Shown here: piece after piece, positions 1 through 13,343 of the stretch
Layout: each line of letters opens with the position of its first letter
Position numbering within the stretch: the first letter of the stretch is position 1
Assembly (NCBI GenBank): GCA_048128005.1
Contig: JBEUKZ010000112.1
Span: 310,001-374,000 of the forward strand
Direction: 5' to 3'
Length of the DNA stretch: 64,000 bases
Source: Veleropilina oligotropha
Lineage: Eukaryota
Notes under the pieces: generated by a model
Databases searched by the model: none
What the model was told of the DNA's origin: nothing
The model's input: only the letters and a program-made list of their open reading frames with translations
Program-made: the position numbers and the translations under genes

Positions 1-654
1 TCAAAATTTTTATTCCCAAATAGACTACAAAAAATTGTTACCCTATTACTGAAAGCTGCGTACATTATCGCAATACTTCTGGATGAAGTGCTGCGATTCG
101 ATTTGACACTAGACATATTCTGTTATGCAGATTTCAGGGCCCAAATAAGTTGTGTATTATGCCGTCAACTGTATACGAGCGGCGCACGTGCCCAAATCGT
201 AAACAGTTTCGAGGACACAGACCTTCTGTCACTTTCACTTTGTGGGGATCTGAAACTTTGCTTGGCAGGCATAAAATAATGTTTCACATCGAATAAAATG
301 CGCTTTACAGCAACCAATGTGCCAAAGAATCCACTGGTATGTATGTAGAAATGCATCACTATCACGAATACATATTTTTTGTTCATTTTAATGTAATTAC
401 ATTGAAGTATAATTGTATACTTCGGATCCTAATTGTTTACATGATTTGGTAGATTAAGAGTTACTCCCCTTCTGTTCAATATGAAATCTTCTCGTCCAAT
501 ATGACATCTCGTACAATATGAGTTTCAGCTGTATAATATCGGTTGTTATGGGAGGGGGGGGGGGGGTGCGGTGCCTCTACCAATCAGAAGTGGCATTAAC
601 AAAGCGATGGAAAATAAATATATATATGTATATATATCTAACTTCTATGTATTG

Positions 655-861
655 ACCGTCCTAGATAGCTCAACTGATAGACCGTCAGAAAAACAATAAG
701 TGGGATGGTAGGATGTGGGTTCAAACCACCGCTCCGGCGTTACTATTCTAACGCTAAAATCTAATAGCTGGTATATCCCTAATGTATGTCGGTCAGATCG
801 GAGTGAGACCTTAAACCGGGTGTCCAGACTACGATACAGCTGAAAAATTGATAAAAGCGAC
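655..861 (+). mobile_element. tRNA-derived SINE, family A (degenerate copy)
   Basis: A-box-like TAGCTCAACTGATAG and B-box GGTTCAAACC; body (tatccctaatgtatgtcggtcagatcggag.gagaccttaaaccgggtgtcc) matches the copy at 42214-42445. Confidence 0.8.
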
Positions 862-922
862 TAGTGTTGTCGATCTTTCCCTTTTAAATGTATTATGATT
901 ACATGTATCTCAATGTTTTCAG

Positions 923-1043
923 ACAGTTCTGTCCTCAGAAGAAGCAGATTCTCATCGACTTCGAGAGTATGGACAAGGCGGTGGACTCCAGCGACATATG
1001 CAGCACACATTCCTCATTCGAACACAGCGCTGACCATCAGTGA
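923..1043 (+). CDS. Probable terminal coding exon of an unidentified gene convergent with Shroom (QFCPQKKQILIDFESMDKAVDSSDICSTHSSFEHSADHQ*)
   Basis: Acceptor ttttcag at 916-922; GC-rich island with strong C/G third positions in this frame only; TGA at 1041-1043; AATAAA near 1460. Product not recognised. Confidence 0.5.
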
Positions 1044-1547
1044 AGCTTGAATTGGACTGTCAGATGAATGAGCATAGTCATATCATACTGAGATTACGTG
1101 TTGTGGTAGAACTTTTTCGCTGTGATGTACTTTGATCTCGACTAATATAATTAATGTGCACGAAGTATCCAACATTTCATTTGCATGACAGAGTATGATG
1201 CTGCAATTGAATTTTGTATGGTGGTGCAGCGGTCATTATGTACTCAAACAAACTGAAGCACATCTTACAGCAATAATTTCAGTCAGCAGATATCAATTTG
1301 TTGGTAATTAAAGACATGTCTTGTTATGCACAGAATTTTTTATGCAGCATGATGTTTCCTCCAACGCGGCACTACTTCCGATTCTCATTCTCGAACAATC
1401 TACGACATTTGTAAATTGTGCTGCTTATATATTGTATAAATACAATGTAATTTATTTTTAATAAAGCATACATTGTGTAATTGTATAAGTTAGTTGTTTG
1501 TTGGTTGGTACGTATACAATTCTGATGTGGTGATCTCCCCTTCGGAT

Positions 1548-1800
1548 CGATGCTTAGTGTCAAGATTTGAAACAACATTCAGGTTTATACCACGACATGT
1601 CCATATTATCAAGCGGGTCAAGCTCTGCCACCCTGAAAAAACCCGTCCTCGCCGGTCAATTATGGACAAATGTTACTGTTAACTGAACAAAGAATGCCTT
1701 GTTGAAGATTCTCACAAATTAATGTTAGAAATAGCCGCCAAGCAAGTGAATTCAGAATGCACTCACATATCCACTCGGTTACGTATACTGGTGCGGCCAT
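1548..1800 (-). mobile_element. tRNA-SINE family B (V-domain-like), degenerate copy
   Basis: Aligns by eye to 43027-43285 (gatgctta.tgtc...gacatgtcc.t.ttatc...aaacccg...tgaacaaa.aatgcct). Confidence 0.65.
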
Positions 1801-2004
1801 GACCAGATACATAACATATCCCAGTACAATTGTGTAATACGAGCTGTGAGACGCGAGTTCCAATTCAGGAGGTAGTTGTCATGAAAGGTTACACCTAAGA
1901 CAATATCGTGGAATAAATCCTGGGTCGTTCAACAATAATCATCTGATCATTGTTGTTATATACATTTAAAACAGAGTGACAGAGACTACAACGGTTGGTT
2001 TATG

Positions 2005-2089
2005 ACTTTGTTTTATGACCACTTGGGCAATTTTTCAGCCTTAATGCAGTTTGGACACCAGGTTTAAGGTTTCACTCTAATCTGACTGA
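2005..2089 (-). mobile_element. 3' half of a family A SINE, split by the Academ-like element
   Basis: Reverse complement reads tcagattagagtgaaaccttaaacctggtgtcc...aaggctgaaaaattg, matching the 3' part of the SINE at 42214-42445. Confidence 0.7.
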
Positions 2090-3289
2090 TAGTCCAGCAG
2101 TTAAAAGCTGATTTTTAGCCTAACCCCAAAATCTCAGTATAAGTTTTTTTGACTGCTGATTATTTAGCTCTGTCATGTTATTGACGAGTTCCAGGGGGGT
2201 GTGGAGTTCTTACCCTTGGCAAACATTTTTGGCGGCCATTTTTAAAAATGGCCGCCAAGTAAAATTTCATCTGCTAATATCTTGATCCTCGAGGGCCATA
2301 TGGACATAATTATAGTGTCTATGTTTTTGCTCATATATCGAACTGTGATGTTCATACAGGCATCATTCTGACGTCTATACCCATGTTTTCATGCTCAGTT
2401 AACATGGTGAGATCAACAATAATAATACTGAATGATTTGGTAGAGGCTATCATCTTAACTTTCAAAATGTTCGCCATCCAAAGAGCTAATAGTTCAGTAG
2501 TCAGAAGCTGATTTTTAGCCTAACCCCAAAATCTGATTATTTAACTATGACATGTGATGGTGTCATTGATGAGTTCCAGGGGTGTGATGTTCTAACCGTT
2601 GGGCAAATTTTTGGTGGTGATTTTTAAAAATGGTCGCCAAGTACAATTTCATCTGCAAATATCTTGATCCTCGAGAGCCATATGGATAAGATTCTGGTGT
2701 CTACACGTATGTTTTCATACTGAATAAACAAGATTAGAATACTTTTTAGTAATATTGGGTGATTTGGAGTAGGTAGTCACCTTAAAACTCAAAATGGTTG
2801 CAAACCGAACGCGTTACTGATCATATCTCGAACTGTGATGTTCATAGAGGCATCATTATGACGTCTAAACCCATGTTTCAGGCTCAGTGAACATGGTGAG
2901 ATCAACAATAGTAATACTTAATGATTTGGCAGAGGCTGTCATCTTAACTTTCAAAGTAGCCGTCAAATGCATTCACCATCCAAAGAGCTAACGTTTATAT
3001 CGCAGACTCTGTGACACGTATAGACATGATTCTGCTGTATATATACATGTACATCTTCTCAGGATCATTAAACACGATATTAATACAAATATTGGATCAT
3101 AATTTATATCATTACAACTATACTGCACATTGAAACATAATTAACATAGCAATATGACTAGATTAGAATGACCTGACTAGACATTGTTCATCAGGGAGCA
3201 TTAATACTGTATGAAGTCCACATTAGAACATAACTGACATAGCAATATGACTAGACTAGAAATTATACATAAGAGGCATAACATTCCGT

Positions 3290-4640
3290 ACAATCTAAGC
3301 TCAAAGTGATGGGAAGTTCGCAGTCCCCAACCTGTTCGAGAACGAAGTAGACAATCTTGCCAATGCCTTCACAGAAGTACTACTTGCAACATCTGATGAG
3401 ATACTGGGGATAAAGCGGAAGAAAATCCAGACATGGGTAACGAACGAAGTCCTGGGCCTATGTGACAAGAGCCGAGTGGTCAGAAGTATACATGTAATGA
3501 ATCAAGGGTGCAATATTAACAAGTGCATAGAGATGTCAGGAAGAAGATGAGAGCGGCTAAAGAGGGGTGGTTAGAGGCACAGTGTGGAGCCATTGAGACG
3601 GGATGAAAGCAGGGAATGGAAAACAGGCCTACGATACTCTAATTGCCATAATCAAATCCAGTCAGCCAATGACAACTGTCATCGTTGATGAAGATGGTAC
3701 GCTACTGACATTCAGCGACGAAGTCCTGGAGAGGTGGAGGAGTACTGTGAGAGCCGGTACAACTATGAACCCCACCCATACCGCTTCATTTAGTAAGCCA
3801 ACCAAATTCTTACAGAGAGTGAAAGCAGTCTATCGGTACTGAAGGATGATGTAATTGCAGCATTGAGGAGCTTATATGTAGGCAAGTCCCACGGAGTGGA
3901 CAAAGTTTCCACTGAACTGATGAGAAGCGGAGGTGAAGGAATGGTAAAGGCCCTGACAATTCTGACAGACGATCTGGAAACAGAGCAAATAACCAACAGA
4001 GTGAACACAATCGCTAGTGACACTCTTAACAAAGAACAGACCCTCACCTTGATCAACCACCTCAGGAAGGTGATGCTAAGCATCATCCACAACCGATTGA
4101 AAATGAAGGCTTAGGAACTACTGTCGGATGAGTAAGCTGGATTCAGAGCAGGTCGAAATACTGTGGAACAAGATTTTAAACTAGAATCATCATTTAAAAA
4201 CCCCTTCAACATCAACTACTTCATAGCCTCCAAAAAGGCCTTTGACTGAATTTGGTACGACGGCCTCTGGAACGTACTCAGAGGCAACAAATTCGAGGAG
4301 GGCCTTGTTCAGGTCATCCAGGCCCGCTGCAAGCACTCCAACACAGAGCAGTTCTTCTGAACAGTCAACTGTGAATGTTCTTTCAGATAACTTTCGGTAT
4401 CAGGCAGGGGTGCTTACTGTCGCTCCTGTTCTTTTCAACATTAATGCCAACATCACCATGAACAGGAAGTCAAACGATGGTACCTGTACAGCAAAAATCC
4501 ATATCCGATTCACCACAGCTAAGCCATTATAGCGATGGCCAGACTTAGTAGGATTTGGATAAGTAACATCGGATTCTCACCACAGAAGGCATTTGAAATG
4601 AAATCACTCAGGAAGTTGCTCCGTGTTTCCTAGTTGGAAA
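3290..4640 (+). pseudogene. Degraded RTE-clade LINE reverse transcriptase fragment
   Basis: Fragments KSHGVDKVSTELMRSGG, LLSDE*AGFRAGRNTVEQ and a GIRQG..LLS.LFN-like motif, with many stops, frameshifts and deletions. Confidence 0.8.
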
Positions 4641-5172
4641 ACAAGACAATCCCGGGATTTCAAACCCTCGCTGCTCTCTCCGACCAGTTAGGTACAACTG
4701 TGCTTGGTAACTGTGACTTCAGTCACCACTCAAGACCAGACAGTCACCCAAACGACTCTCTTTAAATGGCAGAAGGGATATAGGGTATCATTAATTATGT
4801 ATAAACTAGTATTACTAAAAATAAAAGATTAACTAAATTCTGATTCTCATGACAATTTTAAACCAGATATGCATGCAGACAGGCTGACTGACACTACGTG
4901 GGCGAAGGTAACAAACCCTCGCAGCCACAAATGATAATGGTTTACCTAATGAATCGATGTTTTCATAGCAGCTAGGCTATTGATCTGTTACATTTTTGTC
5001 CACTTTCTTTGATATCATTATCACAATATATGTTATTTGTGTCCGATAATCATTGGCTCCTGCTAGTAACCTTGCACCACAATAGACCGACAGCCCAGGC
5101 CCCTGAGCTCAATGGAACGAGGTACCAATATCTGAGTACATGGGCTTTTAAGAACCAATAGGAGCAACACAG

Positions 5173-6385
5173 AACTAGAAATTTGAGACGAGTGCACTGT
5201 GACCCAGAAGAATGCTGATGAAATATGAAGATTCGCAAAACAATATATACCATAGAATTAATTCGCAATAACTCAATAGTTACTAAAGCGATATACCTGA
5301 AATTTTCAGGGAAGGTATATTACGGTAACCTTGATACAGGGTGTAAAATATATTATGGTGTTAGCAGTACAGTATTTGAAGAGCTATCACAAATATCGCA
5401 TTGTCTCGTCGATTTTACCTTCAGAACAAAAATTATTGCTACAAATTTGCTCTAACACACAAAGTTTATCGACAAGAGTTGTAGATCATGTCCCACTCTG
5501 TCACTTGTTAAAATTTCAGGTGTCTGGTGTCAGTGTTAACCAATATGGCCTTTAGCTGCATTTCGCTTTGGTTGATTTCTAAAATGCTTATAAAGTTCAC
5601 ATTTCACATTATTTTATAAATATTTTTGCAGATATCAATATAATTCCATCAAGACTACGGTTTGCATAACAAATTTACACAATTTATTTACATTTGGCGA
5701 AATTAGAAATTGACCCTCTTATGTTTAAATTTTAAATTCCCCTGGCGGCCATCTTGTATGATGTAGATTCTATATATTTCATGTTGACATTGGCCCTTGA
5801 TCTAAAGAATATTTTAAGCCTAATTTGTAGTTTGTCCGACGAAGCGTTTTAACGCTACACCCGAAAATCCGTACACTTGAAATTGCATCATAAAATCCGG
5901 ACCCGGATCAATATTCGAACCAATTTCGAGGAGGACAGAGCCATGGATATAACATATCTATCTTGTGTATAAATTTCAAGGTAATCGGACCAATACTTTT
6001 AAAGTTATGCGAATGGACATGCACGATTCAATAATGTGGGCAAATCCTTTTTGGCAGCCATCTTGTTCAATGTAAATGCTAGATAATTCTCGTATCGCTG
6101 TCCTGTGATGTCAAGAACATTTTGAGCTTAATTTGAACTTTGTGACAAAGCGTTCTAACTCTACAGCCAAAAATCAAAAAAAACGGATATGTGTCATAAC
6201 ATCCGTATCCGCATACCTATCCGGATGATCTTCTACGAGAACATTGCCAAGGATGGAACCTAACTTGTGTTGACTTATACAGGAAATCCGATGAATAGTT
6301 TTTGAGATATGATAGATATATGTTGGCAGACAGAGAGACAGACAGACATACAAAGCCCATTGCAATACTCTCGCCTCCGAAGGCC
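5173..6385 (+). mobile_element. Helentron-associated (HINE/pearl-like) non-autonomous repeat
   Basis: AACTAG 5' end, internal degenerate tandem cores (ggc.gccatcttg), CAGA microsatellite at about 6327-6347, truncated 3' hairpin. Confidence 0.55.
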
Positions 6386-7198
6386 TTCTCCAAAACACCC
6401 AATATTACACAAAGGTATTCTAATCTTGCTTATTGAGTATGAAAACATATGGCTCCCGAGGATCAAGATATTAGCAGGTGAAATTTTACTTGGCCATTTG
6501 TAAAAAAGTTGCCCAAGGGTGAGATCTCCACACACCCCTGGAACATATTACATTGGTTTGAGAACGCCATGCACCCTGAAACTAATTAAAGACATGTCAT
6601 AGTTAAATATTCAGCAGCAAACAAACTTATTATTTATACTGAGATTTTTGGGTTAGTCTAAAAATCAGCTTCTGACTACTGGACTATTAGCTCTTTGGAT
6701 GGCGTACGCATTTGGCGGCCATTTTGAAAGTTAAGATGACAGCCTCTACCAAATCATTCAGTAGTATTATTATTGCTGATCTCACCATGTTCACTGAGCC
6801 TGAAAACATGGGTATAGGCGTCAGAATGATGCATCTATGAACATCACAGTTCGAGATATGAGCAAAAAAGTGTTTGATTTGCAACCATTTTGAATTTAAG
6901 GTGACTACCTTCTCTAAAACACCCAATATTACTAAATAGTATTCTAATCTTGTTTATTGAATGTGAAAATATGTGTGTAGGCACCAGAATCTTGTCCATT
7001 ATGGCTCTCGAGGATCAGGATAATAGCAGATGAAATTTTACTTGGTGGCCTTTTTTAAAATGGCCGCCAAAAATGTTGCTCAAGGGTGAGATCTCCACAC
7101 ACCCCTGGAACATATTACATACATGCCATAGATGGATAATCAACAATAAAAAAACTTATACTGTGATTTTTGGGTTTGGCCCCCCGCCTGCCAGACTA

Positions 7199-7325
7199 GG
7201 ACATACTATTACATTGGGGATATGCCATTTATTATTTTAAGCCGTTGGCTGGTCTCAAACCCTGGCCCTCGTGGTTGTCTCGGTCGAGTGTGTGAAGCAC
7301 TATCCACTCACTCGCCGAAACAGTT
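7199..7325 (-). mobile_element. 5' half of the split family A SINE
   Basis: Reverse complement ggcttaaaataataaatggcatatccccaatgta...tatgtcc matches the SINE body; B-box-like gggtttgagacc. Confidence 0.65.
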
Positions 7326-7582
7326 AGGACTACAACGGATAATAGTTAGGATTCATTAAAACTTTTGTCTATCGCCACCTTCATTGTACATTTTATATCG
7401 AAATTTTAAGTCTTCTGGAGGCTCTGCCTGGACTCTATTTATTATCTCTGTCCAATCAGACGATATCTGTCCAATCAGACGTCAAATTTTTGCATGGTGC
7501 CCACATCGAATCACTGCTCAGACTCTGCTCATATTCGTCAGGGCTAATATTCGGTGATCAACGGTAGCCTTTTAAGACGATC

Positions 7583-7815
7583 AATGCTTAATGTCCCATA
7601 TATTTCCAACCATCAGGCTCAAAGCCGGACATATTATCCATTTTATCACGTGAGGAAAGCCCGGTCACCCGGGAAAACCCACCCTCTCCGGCGAGTTACG
7701 AACAACTGCGATCGATAACTGAACAAAGAATGTTAAGTCCCCAGCCGAGATTCGAACCAACGTGTTAGTTAACGCAATCAAGCAAGTGATTTCCGAGTCG
7801 GCACTCGACAACCAG
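7583..7815 (-). mobile_element. tRNA-SINE family B copy
   Basis: atgcttaatgtcc...cccggtcacccgggaaaaccc...gattcgaacc matches 43027-43285. Confidence 0.75.
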
Positions 7816-7884
7816 GGAGGTTCATTCATTCATCATCTTATTACTAACAAAGCCAACACTGATTATAGTATATTCGCACACCCT

Positions 7885-7890
7885 TTTATT
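7885..7890 (-). promoter_or_regulatory. Candidate polyadenylation signal of Shroom (3' UTR of about 1.75 kb)
   Basis: AATAAA on the minus strand at the far end of a repeat-free stretch downstream of the stop codon. Other AATAAA or ATTAAA sites are possible. Confidence 0.3.
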
Positions 7891-9632
7891 TCTTCTTTAC
7901 AATATATTTATAGTTGATCATGCTGCAGTAATCAGCAGGAGGCACAGAAGTACAATATATTCACAAATGTCAGAAATAAAGTTAGATCTTGTAAGATCCG
8001 GGGAATGCAACGCTGTGTGACGGATAAATAAATAATATTTTATGATAGTATTATTTTCAGCAACGATTAGCACTGGGCTGATCTATTATGTTTATGAAAC
8101 ATGATGTACAAAAATATTTACAAATACATTTCCTGATGAACCACTTACGTTTATATTAAAAATCATGAAGTGAGATCTTGACTGATCAAGTCGGTTGGTT
8201 TTATGCCTGCATCCAGTTCCTCTCTGATTTGACAGGCCAGTCTTTGACAATGAAATGGTCGAAAATCGGCATTGTTTCGAGTGTACGGCAATAGAGTATA
8301 TAAAATATTTCTAAATAACACATATTAACCTGCATTTAATTCTATACTGACATCAAATAAAGCACATCGATAGATGTAGCAAATCTGTCATGAAAATTTA
8401 ATAAGTAATTGTTCAGCAGCAGGTTAATAAATCTAAGCGTAAAAAATATCAGGCACTTGCATCCAAAATGAGAGACTTACACTGTGAAATGAAGTACGAT
8501 ATAAAAGCATTATTTTAGAAAGCATCACCACAACGCAGTTAAGCACCTAGCAAGCAGATATAAAACACCAAGCATGATGTTTAATTTAATTTTATACATT
8601 AAAATAAACACTAGTTACCTAACCAATTTGTACTAATTCTTTTTTAAATATTTTGCAAAAAAAATATCTGGCATAAAACGAGCACTTTATGACAGACCTA
8701 ATTTCCGTAAAATATAAATAAGCTTTGGAATATACGCATCGACTAGGTCATGTGTGTATTTGTATACATAACAGTGTATTTTATGCCGAGGACGAAGAGA
8801 TGGACTTGTGGAGTTTTGTATACTTTGTTTATAAACAATGATGTATATTTTCTTCATTAGACGTAACTTGTAATGCTTTGTGATCATACTGGCAAATGTT
8901 TGACAAAAATACAACATCGCATAACGATAATTACACAAGCATGCATATAAATGTATCAGATCATTTTTTAAATGTCAACAACATAACTTTAATTTATAGG
9001 CACATTAGGGGCATTATATTAAATATTTATGCCTGTACATTCATTCACAACAAAAATATACAATGAAACAGTCAGTATACAATAGAACTAGTCTGTACGT
9101 AGATGATGTGCACTATACACAAGAGCATTAGTGTGCTATCCGGCATAAGATAAATCCGGCATAAGATAAATCCAGCTTATCCAATGGTCCTACAATATGT
9201 GATAGAATAAATAAGAATATCTCATTAAAATAGATATCGACATTAACTGTCCTTGTTCACATTGGCATCCATGAATCTCTTTGAATATATGTAATGTACA
9301 TCATATCTATATACAATATGCGAATTGAGTCGGTTCTCTTCAATTTCCAAAGGCACTTGCAAGTACAAACCTTTGCTAATTTACAGAGTTTGCAAAAATC
9401 TGATCATTGATTGGCCGAATTCCGCTCAGATAACATGTGATTTGCAGTCATGCTTTGCTCTACGTAACATAGTTATTAACAGACATCAAGAAAGTAGTCA
9501 CATTCTCCGCTGATTGTTCGAAAGCGAAATGCTCCGTGAAGGCACTTAGATGCTGAAGTAAAATAATATAATATCACATTCCTTTTGCATGCACATATTC
9601 CTAGTGGTTCTGGGTTCTAGTTCATTCCTCGA

Positions 9633-9890
9633 CTATTTGTTGGGTATTGATGTCTTCAACGCCTTCAGTTGTTCTTCGCCGAGCGTGATATTATCCTGGA
9701 TGTCTTGCAGCTGGATGGTGAGTTTTGATTTCATGGATACGTAATAGTTATAATCCTCAAACTCCTCCTTGTCCAAATATCCTTTGAGAAATCCGGACAC
9801 CTGGTCGGCCCGTCGGTCGATGTCCACCTTCAGGCGCTTGGCCTCCTCGTGCTGGTTGAACGCGTGGTCCCGCTTGTCAATAACGGTACC
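9633..9890 (-). CDS. Shroom: Shroom-family protein, last coding exon (ASD2/SD2 C-terminus)
   Basis: cag acceptor at 9891-9893, phase 0. GTVIDKRDHAFNQHEEAKRLKVDIDRR...YVSMKSKLTIQ...ITLGEEQLKALKTSIPNK* matches the Shroom SD2 pattern QHEDAK.LKE..DRR / MKS.L / LGEEQLK.L. Confidence 0.92.
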   Translation of the reverse strand, partial: GTVIDKRDHAFNQHEEAKRLKVDIDRRADQVSGFLKGYLDKEEFEDYNYYVSMKSKLTIQLQDIQDNITLGEEQLKALKTSIPNK

Positions 9891-10516
9891 CTGAAAATAC
9901 AGATGAATAAATAAATATTGAGAATGGAAATCGGCAAGTGAAACAGGTTACATGTCTACCGGAGCGATCCAAAAGGAATGTAATTTTAAGTAAACACAAT
10001 GCAAACACACATTGTAGAGAAAGATGAAGGGGTAACTTCTGTTTGACAAAATATCGGTAAAAGTGCACTCGTCTGAAACAAAATGCAAGCGGCAGTTTGG
10101 GAATATTGTAACAATGCATATTTTCACTTAATTTCTGCATAAAATGCTGGATTTGATGAATTGCTTGCCTGTCATCAACTTTAATAAAAGTTCATTTTTG
10201 ATGCCAAGCACTTATTCCGCTTGAATTGCGATACGAGGATAAACGTTACTGTCAAGGCGATTTAGCCAAGACACTATCCAGAGGTTCTGGCATGATATAC
10301 GCAAATGTGATTGTACAAAAGTGACAGCGATCAGGCTTCAAGCACATGATTCGTCTTCCAAAAGAGTCTCTAATGTAAATGACAGCAAACATGGTTTGAA
10401 CTTGTCTTTGGCCATAAAAATATTAATTTGATCACAACAGAGTTTAGTGGGAGAATTGTATTGCACAATTAACATTGGACTGTGGACGTATTTACTTCTG
10501 TCGATGAAGCCCTCAC

Positions 10517-10690
10517 CGTTTGCCGCTTGTCAGCGTCTTCGGGGAGGTTGTGGACCGCATTCTCCGCCCGTGCCAGGAGGCCGGACAGCTTCAGGAGCAG
10601 GCGTACTATCTTCTCCACGTCCCCGGTGTACGAGCAGTACTTGTCCTGCTCTTGCTTAGTGAGGCACTTCGTGTCCACTACATCACTCAC
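10517..10690 (-). CDS. Shroom: Shroom exon (ASD2 domain)
   Basis: 174 nt, phase 0/0, cag..gtgagg. GDVEKIVRLLLKLSGLLARAENA matches the SD2 motif GDLDKVV.LLLSLSGRLARVENA. Confidence 0.92.
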
Positions 10691-11065
10691 CTGCAATCAC
10701 AGATAAATGCCAATCATAGTAGGACTACATGCTGTCCCCACACCAATTGGCTGGAGACCTGCCATGACATTATGTTTACAGGTAAAATAGAAAAGGACAT
10801 GATAATTGCTGTCGTAACCTCCGATTAATGTCTCGAACAATTGAAAGACCGGTGATATCCCTTCTATTAGTTTGAAATATTGAAATAATCAGATCACACA
10901 ATGTGAAGACAACCATATATGATGCTCCTTGAACTGTTCCTGTGCAGAGATTTTCAATAATGTATAAGTATTAAAAACAGTCAGGGTTTATGAATTAACT
11001 GCACACCAAGGGTTACTTTATACACCAGAATTGCTCTAATGCATTCGACAAGACTTTGTGTTTAC

Positions 11066-11167
11066 CTTCTCCCCCAGAGTATTATTTTCATCAATCTCCT
11101 TTTCGATTGCACTCCTTTCCTCGCGCAATACCTCCAATTTATTTAGTAATCTCTGCAACAGTTCCTC
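11066..11167 (-). CDS. Shroom: Shroom exon (ASD2 coiled coil)
   Basis: 102 nt, phase 0/0, cag..gtaaac. EELLQRLLNKLEVLREERSAIEKEIDENNTLGEK. Too short for the ORF track. Confidence 0.88.
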
Positions 11168-11477
11168 CTGCAATGTAACGAGAAATGCTAATTACCAAAT
11201 AAGGTAATGCAACAGCAAAGATGAGATTATGAATCGTGAAACAACCGCATGTATCATTGCATGCTCTCACCACAAGTCCATCTCCAGCATCACAATTTTT
11301 GCATATAGTTAGTAGTTTGTTTGGATTGTGTAGAAACAGTATGAGATTTGTGCCTTTTGCTGACTATTGTATTGTACATAATTTTCACACATCTGAGCGC
11401 AAAGTACTGACTTCAATTTTCCAGTGTTGTTACCAAATATTATTAAAACAGGCAAACTACAATGGATTGGATTGAAT

Positions 11478-11615
11478 TGATGCTTAATGTCCTGTATATT
11501 TACAACCTTCAGGTTCAAACAAGGACATGTCCATATTATCTCGGGACAAAAGCCTAGTCGCCCAGGGGAAAACCAATATCTCCGGCCATACAGAGAACTG
11601 AACAAACAATGCCAT
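11478..11615 (-). mobile_element. tRNA-SINE family B, truncated copy
   Basis: tgatgcttaatgtcctgtatatttacaac...aggacatgtcc matches the family 3' end. Confidence 0.7.
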
Positions 11616-11773
11616 AATGCCCATTTACATTGAAGTCATGAACATATATATATACACATGCTCATCTATTTCTGCAGAAATCCGCACAAGATATTGAAAT
11701 ACAATCACGTATGATTGTCTTCATTATTATATATCCTGTCATTTACATAACGATATGATGTAATTTATTATAT

Positions 11774-12630
11774 AACTAGATGTTGTTATTGTCCACAATC
11801 CTGCTTGAAATTCTATATTTAGAAACAGGTCATGTGACCTTTGACCTCATATGCAAGTCCAAGCATACTTTCTTCATATGCAACCTGCCTGCTAAATAAG
11901 AAATGGTAGTTACTGTCTGGATAACAAATCAAAATCAAATTTCTGAAAAATCCTATTTTTAGCAACAGGTCAATTGACCTTTGACCGTTTTACCTCAAGC
12001 ACAATCCCAAGCATCCTTTCCTCATAGACAACCTGCCTGCTAAATATGACCAACATTGCTAAATATAAACGATAGTTATCAACTGGAAAGCAAATCGCAA
12101 TCAAATTTCTATTTTTAGCAACAGGTTACGTGACCTTTAAAGTGATTGACCTCAAATGCAATCCCAAGGGTCCTATCCTGAGAGGCAATCTGCCTGGTAA
12201 ATATGAGCATGTTCGCTAAATATGAACAGTAGTTAACGTCGGGAAAGCAAATCGCAATCAAAAATTTAGAAATTTCTATTTTTAGCCACATGTCATGTAA
12301 CCTTTGAACGATTGTCCTCAAATGCAATCCCAAGCATGCTCTCCTCATGAGCGAGCCAAATATGGGCATGAGCACCCAATATGAAGAGTAGTTATCATCT
12401 GGAAACCAAATTGAAGCCAAAATTATATTTTTAGTCACAGATCACATGACCTTTGACGTACCGACCAGAAAAGCAATCCCAAGCGACCTCTCCTCATAAG
12501 CAACCCGTGTACCAAATATGAACAAAATCGCTGAAACGGAACAGTAGTTCGGAAACCAAAGCATGAGACAGACAGATGGACGGATGGCACAAAAACAATA
12601 TGTCTCCCCACAGGGTAGGGGAGACATAAT
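11774..12630 (+). mobile_element. HINE/pearl-like repeat
   Basis: AACTAG start, about 150-bp tandem cores containing tgacctttgac, GACA/GACG microsatellite, terminal hairpin atgtctcccc...ggggagacat. Confidence 0.75.
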
Positions 12631-12703
12631 TATATTATTTATAATAATAATAATGATATAATTATGAAGATGTAACTATTCTTTCCTCAGCGCTTGTTCC
12701 TAC

Positions 12704-12845
12704 CTTCTTCTGCACCAGTGTGTCACCTTCCCCAACATCAACCACAGTCCCGTCGTGGTCCCGAATGTCCCGCATCTTGTTCTCGAGCGAGGCTCGTGCC
12801 GGGGACACCCAGTAACTCGACGAGGGCGGCAGGGGGGACGTATCC
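12704..12845 (-). CDS. Shroom: Shroom exon (ASD2 N-terminal part)
   Basis: 142 nt, phase 2/0, cag..gtagga. DTSPLPPSSSYWVSPARASLENKMRD...TLVQKK resembles the Shroom motif YY.TSA.KA.LL.KMK. Confidence 0.85.
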
Positions 12846-13343
12846 CTGAAGAGAGAGAGAGAGAACAATGAAACAGCGGATATAAGTCAAAACACATAGC
12901 TACGGTCATTTTGCTATGGAGTCCCATTAGTCAAAACAAAACCTCACAAATACTTTTTTAACTAACCAACAAAGACATTCCTGGTATTACAGATGAGGCC
13001 ATGAAATCAAAATGTCCAACAAACATATAGTCATAACGTCCCATGCTTACATTATGTAGCAAAAATATGACATTTAATGCGCTTATGAAGGACACCGCAT
13101 TAACAGAAAGATTATTGACACCTAGATGATACGGTATATTGCATATTACTAGACTGAACATCATGAACAATGTCATATGATCACATATATAGTATTATTG
13201 AACGAGGAAATCCGTGTGATTCATGACGATTACAATAGCCTGTGTACAGTCAAACTGAAAGAGAAACTCAAATCTCTTCACTTCCTTAAAGGCATGTTTG
13301 TTTTCTCAGTTGGATATGTGACAAAATAATTATTATATATATA

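Larger units (their letters stand above)
2090..7198. mobile_element. Non-autonomous Academ-like DNA element with tandemly doubled long terminal inverted units
   Basis: Begins TAGTC (2090) and ends GACTA (7198). Units of about 400-500 bp at 2090 and 2489 are inverted copies of units ending at 7198 and 6686. Similar to the TIRs of 41436-46087. The flanks rejoin into one SINE. Confidence 0.75.

Noticed and set aside
131..200. Upstream exon of the 923-1043 gene
   Set aside because: Weak donor, and the phase is incompatible with the downstream exon.
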